Positions 37,780-47,152 of a DNA stretch of 64,000 nt are shown one piece after another. Both the position numbers and the translations under genes were made by a program. This DNA is from Bacilli bacterium (GTDB taxonomy: Bacteria; Bacillota_I; Bacilli_A; RF39; UBA660): positions 192,117 through 256,116 of the forward strand of contig JBAMOY010000001.1 in NCBI GenBank assembly GCA_037071015.1, given 5' to 3'. The notes beneath the pieces were generated by a model. It was given only the letters and a program-made list of their open reading frames with translations. It ran no database searches and was not told the DNA's origin. How positions within the stretch are numbered: the first letter of the stretch is position 1; the number at the start of each line of letters is the position of its first letter.

Positions 37780-38454
37780 GTGGGGGAATTTATGACAAGA
37801 AAAGATGAATTGTTAGAAGTTTGTTATAAAGATTATTATATGTATGGTTCAGTAATGCGAAATATTATTCAAAAAAATATTTTGGATAAGCTTATTGAAC
37901 AAATTACAGATGATCAATTATTAGTTAAAGGTAGTTGCTTATTTAAAACGGACTATATTACGCATAGTGAATTATTTATTTATAATTTAGACCGTTTTAT
38001 ATACTTTTTTAAACATAAGCTAATTATTGAAGAAGGTGAGTCACGTTATATCTTAGAGACAATTTTAGGTAGTAAATTTACTAAAATTTTGTTAGAAAAA
38101 ACATTTTGTTTCGATAATGATTATATTAAACATTATGATATTGAATATAAAAAAATATTATGTGATAACTTCTATAAGAATGTAAAATGTTTAAAGGCTA
38201 CTTTCTCTAGTTTTTTTGCTGATGCTCAAATTGATGTCGATCAAAGGAGATTAAGTGGTGATAATTTATCTCAGGTTTATCGGTTGTTATGTGATATGGT
38301 AAATTGTAAAAGAAGTGATGTTCATTATTTATTTGCGGATGTTGATGATTGGAGTAATCAATCTGCTAAAATTAATTATTATGCTTTAATGTGGGAAGGT
38401 TTAATAAAAGAATACGAAAGTAAACATATTTATTTAAATAAATTAGAAATATAA
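37780..38454 (+). CDS. Hypothetical protein (224 aa)
   Basis: ORF with a GTGGGGGAA ribosome-binding site. No recognisable motif. A terminator follows. Confidence 0.35.
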   Translation: MGEFMTRKDELLEVCYKDYYMYGSVMRNIIQKNILDKLIEQITDDQLLVKGSCLFKTDYITHSELFIYNLDRFIYFFKHKLIIEEGESRYILETILGSKFTKILLEKTFCFDNDYIKHYDIEYKKILCDNFYKNVKCLKATFSSFFADAQIDVDQRRLSGDNLSQVYRLLCDMVNCKRSDVHYLFADVDDWSNQSAKINYYALMWEGLIKEYESKHIYLNKLEI

Positions 38455-38480
38455 AAGAGAAATTTAATTCTCTTTTTTCA
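38453..38480 (+). terminator. Rho-independent terminator
   Basis: AAAGAGA-aatttaatt-TCTCTTT followed by TTTCATTTTT. Confidence 0.4.
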
Positions 38481-38523
38481 TTTTTAGGATAACTTGGACA
38501 TATATTTATTTGAGGATGATAAT

Positions 38524-40431
38524 ATGTTTTTTAAAAATATTCATATACGAATCAAAATAACTTTAATTGTCATTATATTCCTTTTCCTTTTAATTATTGG
38601 TAAAGTTTTTTATATTCAAGTTTTTGATTATAAAAAGTTAAATTCACTGGCCTCATCATTATGGAGTCGGAATCTTCCTATTGAAAGTAATCGCGGTAAA
38701 ATATATGATCGTAATGGGGTCATTTTGGCAGATAATTTGACTACTACTTCATTAGTTTTGATACCTAATCAGATTGTCGATAAAAAAGATGTCGCTCAAA
38801 AATTATCAGAAATCTTAGGAGTAAGTTATGAAGATATGTACAAACATGTAGCAAAAAAAACTTCAATTGAACGTGTTCATCCGGAAGGACGTAGATTATC
38901 TTACGAGACAGCTGATAAAATAGCAGCTTTAAACCTTGATGGTGTTTATTTAGTTAAGGAGTCTAAACGGAACTATCCTTTAGGAACTACATTGTCACAT
39001 ACACTAGGATTTGTTGGAATTGATAATCAGGGACTTAGTGGCTTGGAGTTGATGTATGATAAATATTTAACGGGTAGTTATGGGTCAATTAAATATTTTA
39101 GTGATGCTAAAGGTCAAAAATTACAATTAACGGAGGTTTATGAAAAACCGCAAGATGGGATTAATATGACTTTAACAATAAATAGTGAGATTCAAGCTTC
39201 ACTAGAGAGAGAGTTAAACAATGCTGTTGAAAAATATAATCCAGATCAGGCTTTAGGTATTGTAATGGATCCCAATAGTGGGGAAATTTTAGCTATTTCA
39301 TCACGACCAAATTTCGATCCTATGAACTACCAAGATTATACAATTGAAGAAATTAATCGTAATTTACCAGTATGGGCTACTTATGAACCTGGTTCAACAT
39401 TTAAAATAATTACGTTAGCTACGGCTTTGGAAGAAAATCTAGTCGATTTAGAAAAAGATACCTTTCATGATGGTGGTAGCATTAAGGTTGAAAACGCTAA
39501 GATTAAATGTTGGAAGAGTGGGGGGCATGGTTCTCAAACATTTTTGCAAGTAGTTGAAAATTCCTGCAATCCTGGTTTTGTTGTTTTAGGCCAGAGAATT
39601 GGTAAAGAAAAATTATTTGAATATATAAAAAATTTTGGTTTTGGATCTAAAACGGGAGTTGATTTGAATGGTGAAAGTACGGGTATTTTATTTAGTTTAG
39701 ACAAGGTAGGCCCGGTAGAACTTGCTACCACTGCTTTTGGACAGGGTGTATCGGTTACGCCAATTCAACAGATAACAGCGGTCAGTGCCGCAATTAATGG
39801 TGGATATTTATATAAGCCATATATTGTAAAAAGTTTAAATGAGCCGGAAACTAATATGGTTGTAAAAGAGACCAAGAAAACAGTTGTTCGCAAAGTTATT
39901 AGTGATGAAACGAGCGAAAAGGTTCGCTCGACATTGGAAAGCGTTGTCACCAATGGAACTGGAAGACCGGCCTTTATTGATGGTTATCGTGTTGGTGGTA
40001 AAACTGGTACAGCACAAAAGGTTAAAGATGGCAGGTATATGGTAGGTAATTATATTGTATCTTTTATTGGTTTTTTACCAGCTAACGATCCTAAGGTAGT
40101 TGTGTATATCGCTGTCGATAACGCTAAAGGAATTACTCAATATGGTGGTACTATCGCAGCACCAATTGCCAAAAATGTTTTAAATGATGCTATTAATGCC
40201 TTAGAAATTGAAAAACCAGAGGGAGCCAGTGAGAAAAAATATAATTATTTAGATCGTAAGTATGCGACAATTCCAGATGTTGTTGGCATGGATATTGATG
40301 AAGCTATGAAGCAACTTAAGGCTTTCAAAGTAGAGTATAGTGGCAGTGGTAAAGTAGTGACATATCAATCTCCTAAAGCCGGCGAAAGAGTTTATGAAGG
40401 AGAAACTATAAGATTATTATTGAATGATTAA
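38524..40431 (+). CDS. Class B penicillin-binding protein (PBP2B/SpoVD-like) with a C-terminal PASTA domain
   Basis: N-terminal TM helix and a dimerisation domain. Transpeptidase motifs STFK, SCN and KTGTA. C-terminal PASTA domain (IPDVVGMDIDEAMKQL...). Confidence 0.85.
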   Translation: MFFKNIHIRIKITLIVIIFLFLLIIGKVFYIQVFDYKKLNSLASSLWSRNLPIESNRGKIYDRNGVILADNLTTTSLVLIPNQIVDKKDVAQKLSEILGVSYEDMYKHVAKKTSIERVHPEGRRLSYETADKIAALNLDGVYLVKESKRNYPLGTTLSHTLGFVGIDNQGLSGLELMYDKYLTGSYGSIKYFSDAKGQKLQLTEVYEKPQDGINMTLTINSEIQASLERELNNAVEKYNPDQALGIVMDPNSGEILAISSRPNFDPMNYQDYTIEEINRNLPVWATYEPGSTFKIITLATALEENLVDLEKDTFHDGGSIKVENAKIKCWKSGGHGSQTFLQVVENSCNPGFVVLGQRIGKEKLFEYIKNFGFGSKTGVDLNGESTGILFSLDKVGPVELATTAFGQGVSVTPIQQITAVSAAINGGYLYKPYIVKSLNEPETNMVVKETKKTVVRKVISDETSEKVRSTLESVVTNGTGRPAFIDGYRVGGKTGTAQKVKDGRYMVGNYIVSFIGFLPANDPKVVVYIAVDNAKGITQYGGTIAAPIAKNVLNDAINALEIEKPEGASEKKYNYLDRKYATIPDVVGMDIDEAMKQLKAFKVEYSGSGKVVTYQSPKAGERVYEGETIRLLLND

Positions 40432-40442
40432 GGAGGGATAAT

Positions 40443-41435
40443 ATGTTAATTTTAACAAAATCTGTTTTAGCAATGATGATTGGTTTTCTGTTTGCTATTT
40501 TGATTGCGACGATAATAATTCCCTTCTTAAAAAAAATAAAAGCTGCCCAAAGATTAAGTATATATTTATCTAATGAACATCATAGTAAAGTAGGAACACC
40601 GACTATGGGCGGATTAATCTTTATTATTCCGACAATCACAATTGTAACTGTTTTCTTGATCTTAAATAAAATTAATTTTAGTTATAATGTTTTGATTGTT
40701 CTATTTACCTTTATTGGTTATGGACTTATTGGATTTATCGATGATTATTTAATTATTAAGCGAAATAATAATAATGGCTTAAGCGAAACAGCTAAATTAG
40801 TTTTACAAGTTATAGTAGCAGTAATCTTCTTTTATTTGTTTATGAAAAGTGGTAATGAACCATTATTATGGATTCATACACTAAATTTTAAATTAGATAT
40901 TGGATGGTTATATGGTCTTTTTATATTATTGGTATTGGTAGCTAGTAGTAATGCAGTCAATTTAACCGATGGTTTAGATGGATTAGCTGGAGGTTTATCA
41001 GCAATATGTTTTTTGACTTTTGGAATTATTTCGTGGACGACAGGATGGTTAGATGGATATGATGCTATTGCTATTTTTTGCTTTACGCTGTTAGGATCGA
41101 TTTTGGGATTTTTAGTGTTTAACACTAGTCCAGCTAAGATTTTCATGGGTGATACAGGGTCACTTTGTTTAGGAGCGACTTTAGGAACGATTGCTATTTT
41201 AACTAGACATGAAGTATTACTTATTTTAATTGGACTGATTTTTGTTATTGAAACGGTTAGTTGTATTATTCAAAGAGTTTATTATAAGCTAACTAGAAAA
41301 CGCTTTTTTACAATGGCACCTATTCATCATGCTTTTGAAAAAAAAGGGTGGGAGGAAAGGAACATTGTTAAATTATTTTGGATTATTGGTTTGATTTCTT
41401 CGATGGTAGCCTTGATTTTTGGAGTGTGGATATAA
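40443..41435 (+). CDS. mraY: Phospho-N-acetylmuramoyl-pentapeptide transferase
   Basis: Ten-TM protein with conserved TPTMGG and DDYLIIKRNNN (the DDxxD region), NAVNLTDGLDGLA and the HH motif. Confidence 0.9.
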   Translation: MLILTKSVLAMMIGFLFAILIATIIIPFLKKIKAAQRLSIYLSNEHHSKVGTPTMGGLIFIIPTITIVTVFLILNKINFSYNVLIVLFTFIGYGLIGFIDDYLIIKRNNNNGLSETAKLVLQVIVAVIFFYLFMKSGNEPLLWIHTLNFKLDIGWLYGLFILLVLVASSNAVNLTDGLDGLAGGLSAICFLTFGIISWTTGWLDGYDAIAIFCFTLLGSILGFLVFNTSPAKIFMGDTGSLCLGATLGTIAILTRHEVLLILIGLIFVIETVSCIIQRVYYKLTRKRFFTMAPIHHAFEKKGWEERNIVKLFWIIGLISSMVALIFGVWI

Positions 41436-42526
41436 TGAAGAAAGAAAACATAAATTTATTATTAATTATTTGTATTATTGTTATATCTTTATTTGGCCTT
41501 GTAATGATATATTCAGCATCAAATATTTGGGCGGAATATAAATTTAATAATCCTTACAAATTTGTCATACACCAAGGAGTTTTCTTAATTATTGGTCTTA
41601 TATTAATGACGGTTTTGAGTAAAATTGATTATCATTTCTATTATGAAAAAGCCAACAAGATTATTTTGGGGTGTATAATTTTATTAATTTTAGTATTAAT
41701 ACCGGGTATTGGAACAATCAGAAATGGAAGTCGTAGTTGGTTTGGCATTGGTGCATTTGGTATTCAACCTAGTGAGTTTGCTAAGTTAGGAATTATTATT
41801 TTTAGTGCTAAGTATTTCAGTCGTAATAATAAAGAAGTAAAAGATATTAAAAAAGGAGTTTTGCCCATTTTGGGATTAGTTTTATTAATTTTTGGTTTGA
41901 TTATGCTACAACCGGATTTTGGTACAGGGGTCATTTTAGTGATGAGCGTTATTGGGTTAATGTTTGTTGCTGGAGTTGATTTTAAATTTTTTATTCGAAT
42001 TGGTATTTTAGGTATTATTGGTATTGTTGGTCTAATAGCGGTTGCACCATATCGATTAAAAAGAATTTTATCTTTTTTAAATCCATGGGAGGACCCATTA
42101 GGAAGTGGCTTTCAAATAATTCAATCATTGTATGCTATTGGACCGGGTGGATTATTCGGGTTAGGATTTGGTAATTCACGACAAAAACATTTTTATTTAC
42201 CAGAACCCCAAACGGATTTTATTTTCTCGATTATAAGCGAAGAATTTGGCTTTCTAGGGGTGTTAATTGTTGCTTTACTGTTTATTACAATTATTTATCA
42301 AGGATTTAAAATAGCCCGGAAGGCTAAAGACTTATTTGGAAAATATTTGGCTTTTGGCATTGTTTTTCAAATTGCCTTTCAGGCAATTTTGAATTTAATG
42401 GTTGTTGTTGGATTAATTCCTGTAACAGGAGTTACTTTACCATTTCTTTCATATGGTGGTAGTAGTTTGTTAATCACTTTATGTAGTATTGGAATTGTTT
42501 TAAATATATCTAGGACAGTAAAATAA
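41435..42526 (+). CDS. ftsW: SEDS-family peptidoglycan polymerase (FtsW/SpoVE)
   Basis: Polytopic protein with the SEDS signatures WFGIGAFGIQPSEFAKL and LPFLSYGGSSLL. The start ATG overlaps the mraY stop (TAATG). Confidence 0.85.
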   Translation: MKKENINLLLIICIIVISLFGLVMIYSASNIWAEYKFNNPYKFVIHQGVFLIIGLILMTVLSKIDYHFYYEKANKIILGCIILLILVLIPGIGTIRNGSRSWFGIGAFGIQPSEFAKLGIIIFSAKYFSRNNKEVKDIKKGVLPILGLVLLIFGLIMLQPDFGTGVILVMSVIGLMFVAGVDFKFFIRIGILGIIGIVGLIAVAPYRLKRILSFLNPWEDPLGSGFQIIQSLYAIGPGGLFGLGFGNSRQKHFYLPEPQTDFIFSIISEEFGFLGVLIVALLFITIIYQGFKIARKAKDLFGKYLAFGIVFQIAFQAILNLMVVVGLIPVTGVTLPFLSYGGSSLLITLCSIGIVLNISRTVK

Positions 42527-42534
42527 AACTCGTT

Positions 42535-42578
42535 ATTTGATGCTCACTCTAAAGGAGCATTTCATATTACGAGTTTTT
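42535..42578. terminator. Bidirectional terminator between ftsW and the TetR gene
   Basis: A long imperfect hairpin (AACTCGTTAT ... ATTACGAGTT) containing an inner GATGCTC..GAGCATT stem, followed by TTTTTT. Confidence 0.4.
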
Positions 42579-43154
42579 TTAATAGATATTATCTGGTAAT
42601 AATTGATTTAAATATAAAAGAATATCTTTTTGTTTATATTTATGCGGTTCTTTTATATAATTGACACATACATTAATAACGGCACTGACATAAAATGTAG
42701 AGATAATTTCAACAGGAATATTTCCATTGTAATTATCTTTTTTGTCTAGATGTAATGTAACGTTTTTTAATAATGTATTGTAAAACATATCGCTAGCAAT
42801 ACTGTTGTTATTGTTTTTAATAATAGATGTATATATAGATATATTTTCGCTAATATGATCAAATAATAATTCGATCATTTTCATATAATATTCTTTAGCA
42901 GTTTCTATATGGTTGTTTTCTGATAATTTTTTAGCTAACTCTTTTTCTAAGTCATTGATTAGAGTAGATAATAATTCGTATTTATCACTAAAATGATCAT
43001 AAAAAGTTGAACGATTAGTGAGTGAAATTTTACATATGTCGGACACCTTTATTTCTTCAAAGGTTTTATTTTTCATCATAATTAATAGACCTTCATATAA
43101 ATTTTTTTTAGTTTTTATGACTCTTAAATCTTCCTTTTTTTTCATTTTAATCAC
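42579..43154 (-). CDS. TetR-family transcriptional regulator
   Basis: N-terminal TetR HTH (FEEIKVSDICKISLTNRSTFYDHF). 191 aa. Divergent from the MMPL gene. Confidence 0.8.
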   Translation of the reverse strand: MIKMKKKEDLRVIKTKKNLYEGLLIMMKNKTFEEIKVSDICKISLTNRSTFYDHFSDKYELLSTLINDLEKELAKKLSENNHIETAKEYYMKMIELLFDHISENISIYTSIIKNNNNSIASDMFYNTLLKNVTLHLDKKDNYNGNIPVEIISTFYVSAVINVCVNYIKEPHKYKQKDILLYLNQLLPDNIY

Positions 43155-43253
43155 CTAATTATATTATATTCTAAAACCAATATTTGTAAAGATAAGCAAC
43201 TAATGTCGGTAAATTTACCTACAATTTAAAATAAAATGTTGGATAAAAAACAG

Positions 43254-43307
43254 TTTGCATGTTATGTAAATGATTTTAAAAAATATTTTGCATAGAATGA
43301 TTATGCA
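43254..43307 (+). promoter_or_regulatory. Candidate TetR operator pair (TGCAT-containing inverted repeats)
   Basis: TGCATA-gaatgat-TATGCA at 43289-43307, immediately upstream of the MMPL ribosome-binding site. A second imperfect inverted repeat, TTTGCAT-gtt-ATGTAAA, lies at about 43254-43270. Confidence 0.35.
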
Positions 43308-43321
43308 TGAAGGAGGATAAG

Positions 43322-45406
43322 ATGAAAAAGTTTTCAGAATTGATTACTAAACATAGCAAATTAGTTGTTATAATAGGATTTGTTTTATTAATTCCCGCTA
43401 TTATAGGTTATGTTAACACACGAATTAATTATGATATCTTAGTGTATTTACCAGAAAGTATTGATACTATTGAGGGTGAGAATATACTAACTGATGAATT
43501 TGGACTTGGTTCCTATGCCTTTGTTATGGTCGAGAACAAGACATCTTATGAAATGTTAAAGTTAGAAAATAAAATTAAAAAAATTGAGGGTGTTAATCAG
43601 GTTATTAGTATTGTAGATATCGTTGATACAACCATTCCATATGATATGTTACCAGATGCTATAAAAAGCAAATTATATCGTGAAGATGAAACTATTATTA
43701 TGGTTACTTTCGATGGCTCAACCTCCGAAGATGTAACCTTGAATGCCGTGAGGGAGCTTAGAGAAACGGTCGATGATGCCTCCCTTGTAAGTAGTATGAC
43801 CTCTATGGTGATTGATACTATGGATTTATCTAATCAAGAGGTGACCATGTATGTAGCGATTGCTATTATATTATGTTTAGTTGTTCTTACTGTAACCACT
43901 GACTCATATATTGTTCCTATCTTATTGTTAACTAACATTGGTTTAGCAATTGTTTACAATTTGGGTACTAATATCTTTTTAGGACAAATTAGCTATATAA
44001 CTAAAGCTATTACGGCCATTTTACAACTGGGTGTAACCACCGATTTTTCTATTTTCTTATATCATAAATACGAACAGGCCAAATTTTCTATAAAAAATAT
44101 TAGTAAAGAAGAGGCTATGAGTGAGGCAATTAAAGAGACTTTTATTTCTGTAATCGGGTCATCACTTACGACCTTTGCTGGTTTTTTAGCTCTTTGCACG
44201 ATGGATTTAACATTGGGAACTGATATTGGTATTGTTATGGCCAAAGGAGTTGTTTTTGGATTATTGTGTGTTTTAACTGTGTTTCCGGCTTTATTATTGG
44301 TTTTTGATAAAATTATTGATAAAACTAAGCATCCAAATCTATTTCCAAGCTTTAAGTGGCTTCAAAAATTTTCAATTAATCATTATTTATTAATTATAGT
44401 AGTTTTTATATTATTGTTAATACCTGCTTATATTGGTAATTCTAATTACGAAGTTTATTATAAATTGGATGATTCTTTACCAGAGGATCTAGCCTTTCGG
44501 GTAGCCAATTCTAAATTGGCGGAAAAATTCAATATTGTATCGCCAGAAATTATTATTTTAGATAAAGGTATTAAAAAAGATCAAATTGTTTCTTTAACAG
44601 ATGAATTAGAAGAGGTAGAGGGAGTAGATCTCGTTTTAGCTCCTTCTATATTATTAGATGATAATATACAATCATTATTACCGAATGATATTAATGGTAT
44701 TTTAAATAATGATAAATATCAATTAATTATCATTAATTCTAATTATGAGATTGCTTCTAATCATTTAAATAATCAAATCGATGAGATTAAGGATATTGTT
44801 AGAAAATATGATAAAAACAGTATTGTGGCTGGCGAGGGTCCTTTAATGAAAGATTTGGTAACAATTGCTGACCATGATTTTAAAATGGTTAACTATACTT
44901 CAATGATTGTAATATTTATTATTATGTTGTTAGTGTTAAAATCAATAGGATTACCAATTATTTTAATTTTAACTATTGAATTTGCAATTTTCTTAAATAT
45001 GGCAATAGCCTATTTTACAGGAACTAAATTACCGTTTATTGCATCAATAATTGTTGGAACTATTCAACTTGGAGCTACTATTGATTATGCCATTTTAATG
45101 GCAACTAAATACTTAGATGAACGCCAAAAGAGTGACAAAAAAAAGGCTATGCAAATAACCCTGAAATTTACTGTACCTTCCATTATTACTTCTGCATTAT
45201 GTTTCTTCGCTGCGACTTTTGGTGTAGCCATATATACAAAAATAGATATGATAGGTTCCATTTGTGAATTGCTGGCTCGTGGTTCAATTATCAGTATGTT
45301 AGTAGTTATATTAGTTTTGCCAGCGTTATTAATGATATTTGATAAATTTATTTTAAAAACAACGAAAGTTAAGAAGGAGAATTTTAAAAATGAAAAAAGT
45401 AAATAA
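43322..45406 (+). CDS. MMPL-family (RND-superfamily) membrane transporter
   Basis: About 695 aa with two 6-TM bundles, each preceded by a large extracytoplasmic loop. TetR-linked. The start at MKKFSEL follows a GAAGGAGG ribosome-binding site. Confidence 0.7.
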   Translation: MKKFSELITKHSKLVVIIGFVLLIPAIIGYVNTRINYDILVYLPESIDTIEGENILTDEFGLGSYAFVMVENKTSYEMLKLENKIKKIEGVNQVISIVDIVDTTIPYDMLPDAIKSKLYREDETIIMVTFDGSTSEDVTLNAVRELRETVDDASLVSSMTSMVIDTMDLSNQEVTMYVAIAIILCLVVLTVTTDSYIVPILLLTNIGLAIVYNLGTNIFLGQISYITKAITAILQLGVTTDFSIFLYHKYEQAKFSIKNISKEEAMSEAIKETFISVIGSSLTTFAGFLALCTMDLTLGTDIGIVMAKGVVFGLLCVLTVFPALLLVFDKIIDKTKHPNLFPSFKWLQKFSINHYLLIIVVFILLLIPAYIGNSNYEVYYKLDDSLPEDLAFRVANSKLAEKFNIVSPEIIILDKGIKKDQIVSLTDELEEVEGVDLVLAPSILLDDNIQSLLPNDINGILNNDKYQLIIINSNYEIASNHLNNQIDEIKDIVRKYDKNSIVAGEGPLMKDLVTIADHDFKMVNYTSMIVIFIIMLLVLKSIGLPIILILTIEFAIFLNMAIAYFTGTKLPFIASIIVGTIQLGATIDYAILMATKYLDERQKSDKKKAMQITLKFTVPSIITSALCFFAATFGVAIYTKIDMIGSICELLARGSIISMLVVILVLPALLMIFDKFILKTTKVKKENFKNEKSK

Positions 45407-47015
45407 AATATTTATTAGTGCTTTATTAGTGGGTTTATCATTCCAACCATTATCTGTTTTAGCACTTACTAAAAAAGAGACTATTTATACAAATTTAGAT
45501 TATACAGGAAGTCCATATAAATCAGTGGTTAATAATCATCTATATGTTAATAGTAAAGACGATATTAATGATCAGACGGAATTACATGATATTTTAAATA
45601 TTAATGGTGAAGAAAAGTTTTATTTACAAGGAAATAGCTTAAAATGGGAAAACAGTGGTAAAGATATCGTTTATCAAGGAACAACTAAAAAGGATTTGCC
45701 ATTAACAATTAATGCGACTTATTATTTAAATGGTAAAAAATTTAAAGCCAATGAAATTTTAGGTAAAAAAGGTAATATAACAATAAAATTATCTTTTACT
45801 AATAATAGTTATGTTTATCGAGATTATCAAAAACTTTATACACCAATGGTTGCTACTGTAGGAACTATAATGAATAATAAAGATAATAGTAATTTTTCTA
45901 TCACAAATGGTAAAGTCATTGATACAGGTACTAAAAATATTTTGGTAGCTATAGCAGCACCGGGATTATATGAAAGTACTAATTTAGAAGAAGTTAAGAG
46001 TTTAGATGAAACTGTTATTACCTATGATACTACCAATTTTTCATTAAATGACATTTATATAATAGCGACTCCTAAATTATTATCAAATGAAGATTTTACC
46101 ATCTTTGGTAAAGTCGATTATTTAAGTTCGTCTATTAACTCACTTAAACTTAATATGGATAAAGTTAATGATGGGGCTCGTGTTTTAGAACTTGGAGCCA
46201 ATTCTTTAGCAGATGGGATGACAGAAATTGTTAATAATTTAAAGGTTGCTTTAGCCGCCGTTGATAAGTTAGAGGTTGGATCGCAAACTTTAGATGTTAG
46301 TATCAAACAGATTATTGCAACTTTAGATCAAACTAAGAAAATGTTGAATGATGAAAGTTTTACTAGTTCAATCAGACAATTACAAGAATTAAAAGAACAA
46401 AATGATGATGCTATTATAAATTTGTCAAATGCTAATTCTAGTTTAGAAGATGTTTATAATAATAATAATTTATCTGATTATCATGATATTGACAGTTTGA
46501 TATCAAGTTTGACAGATTTAGGTATTGAGGAAAGTACTATTCAGAACCTTATAGTATGTAAAAAAACATATGAAGGTAATAATAATTTAATTTCCCTATT
46601 AAATGCTAATAATATTGCTATTAGTAAGACAATGGAATCGTTAACCAATCTACCTAATAATATTAAAATGTTAATCGATAATTTAAATTTAGTCTTAACT
46701 AAAGTAGAAGTTGGAACTCAGAGTTTAAATGATGGTTTAAATGAATTAAAACTTGGCGTAGATAAATTATATAATGGGTCTATGGTTTTAAAAGAAGGAA
46801 CTAATACCCTAAATAGTGGCATTCAAAATTTATCAAATGGTGTAACGATTTTAAACAAAGAAGGGATTAGTAAATTAAACAGTTATGCTAATAAGTTAAA
46901 AATGTATAGCGATAAAGGACGTTCATTGGTTGAATTGTCACAAAATTATCAAGGGTATACTTCGAATAATGCTACTAATACTATGTTTATATATAAAATG
47001 AATTCATTAAAATAA
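45390..47015 (+). CDS. Secreted YhgE/Pip-like repeat protein
   Basis: Signal peptide. Repeated Leu/Gly heptad segments (LELGANSLADGMTEI, LNDGLNELKLGVDKL, LNSGIQNLSNGVTIL) typical of YhgE/Pip N-terminal repeats. Overlaps the MMPL gene end. Confidence 0.5.
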   Translation: MKKVNKIFISALLVGLSFQPLSVLALTKKETIYTNLDYTGSPYKSVVNNHLYVNSKDDINDQTELHDILNINGEEKFYLQGNSLKWENSGKDIVYQGTTKKDLPLTINATYYLNGKKFKANEILGKKGNITIKLSFTNNSYVYRDYQKLYTPMVATVGTIMNNKDNSNFSITNGKVIDTGTKNILVAIAAPGLYESTNLEEVKSLDETVITYDTTNFSLNDIYIIATPKLLSNEDFTIFGKVDYLSSSINSLKLNMDKVNDGARVLELGANSLADGMTEIVNNLKVALAAVDKLEVGSQTLDVSIKQIIATLDQTKKMLNDESFTSSIRQLQELKEQNDDAIINLSNANSSLEDVYNNNNLSDYHDIDSLISSLTDLGIEESTIQNLIVCKKTYEGNNNLISLLNANNIAISKTMESLTNLPNNIKMLIDNLNLVLTKVEVGTQSLNDGLNELKLGVDKLYNGSMVLKEGTNTLNSGIQNLSNGVTILNKEGISKLNSYANKLKMYSDKGRSLVELSQNYQGYTSNNATNTMFIYKMNSLK

Positions 47016-47017
47016 TT

Positions 47018-47055
47018 TTAAATTCAGGATTACTTAATCTTGAATTTTTTTACTA
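47018..47055 (+). terminator. Terminator-like hairpin plus T-run
   Basis: ATTCAGGATT-actt-AATCTTGAAT with one mismatch, followed by TTTTTTT. Confidence 0.4.
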
Positions 47056-47152
47056 TTTGTCAATATCTAGATTAAATTAATGTTATCTTTATTATTTGAA
47101 GTTAAAACGTGATATAATATTTTAAGTGATTAATATTAAGGAGTATAAATAT

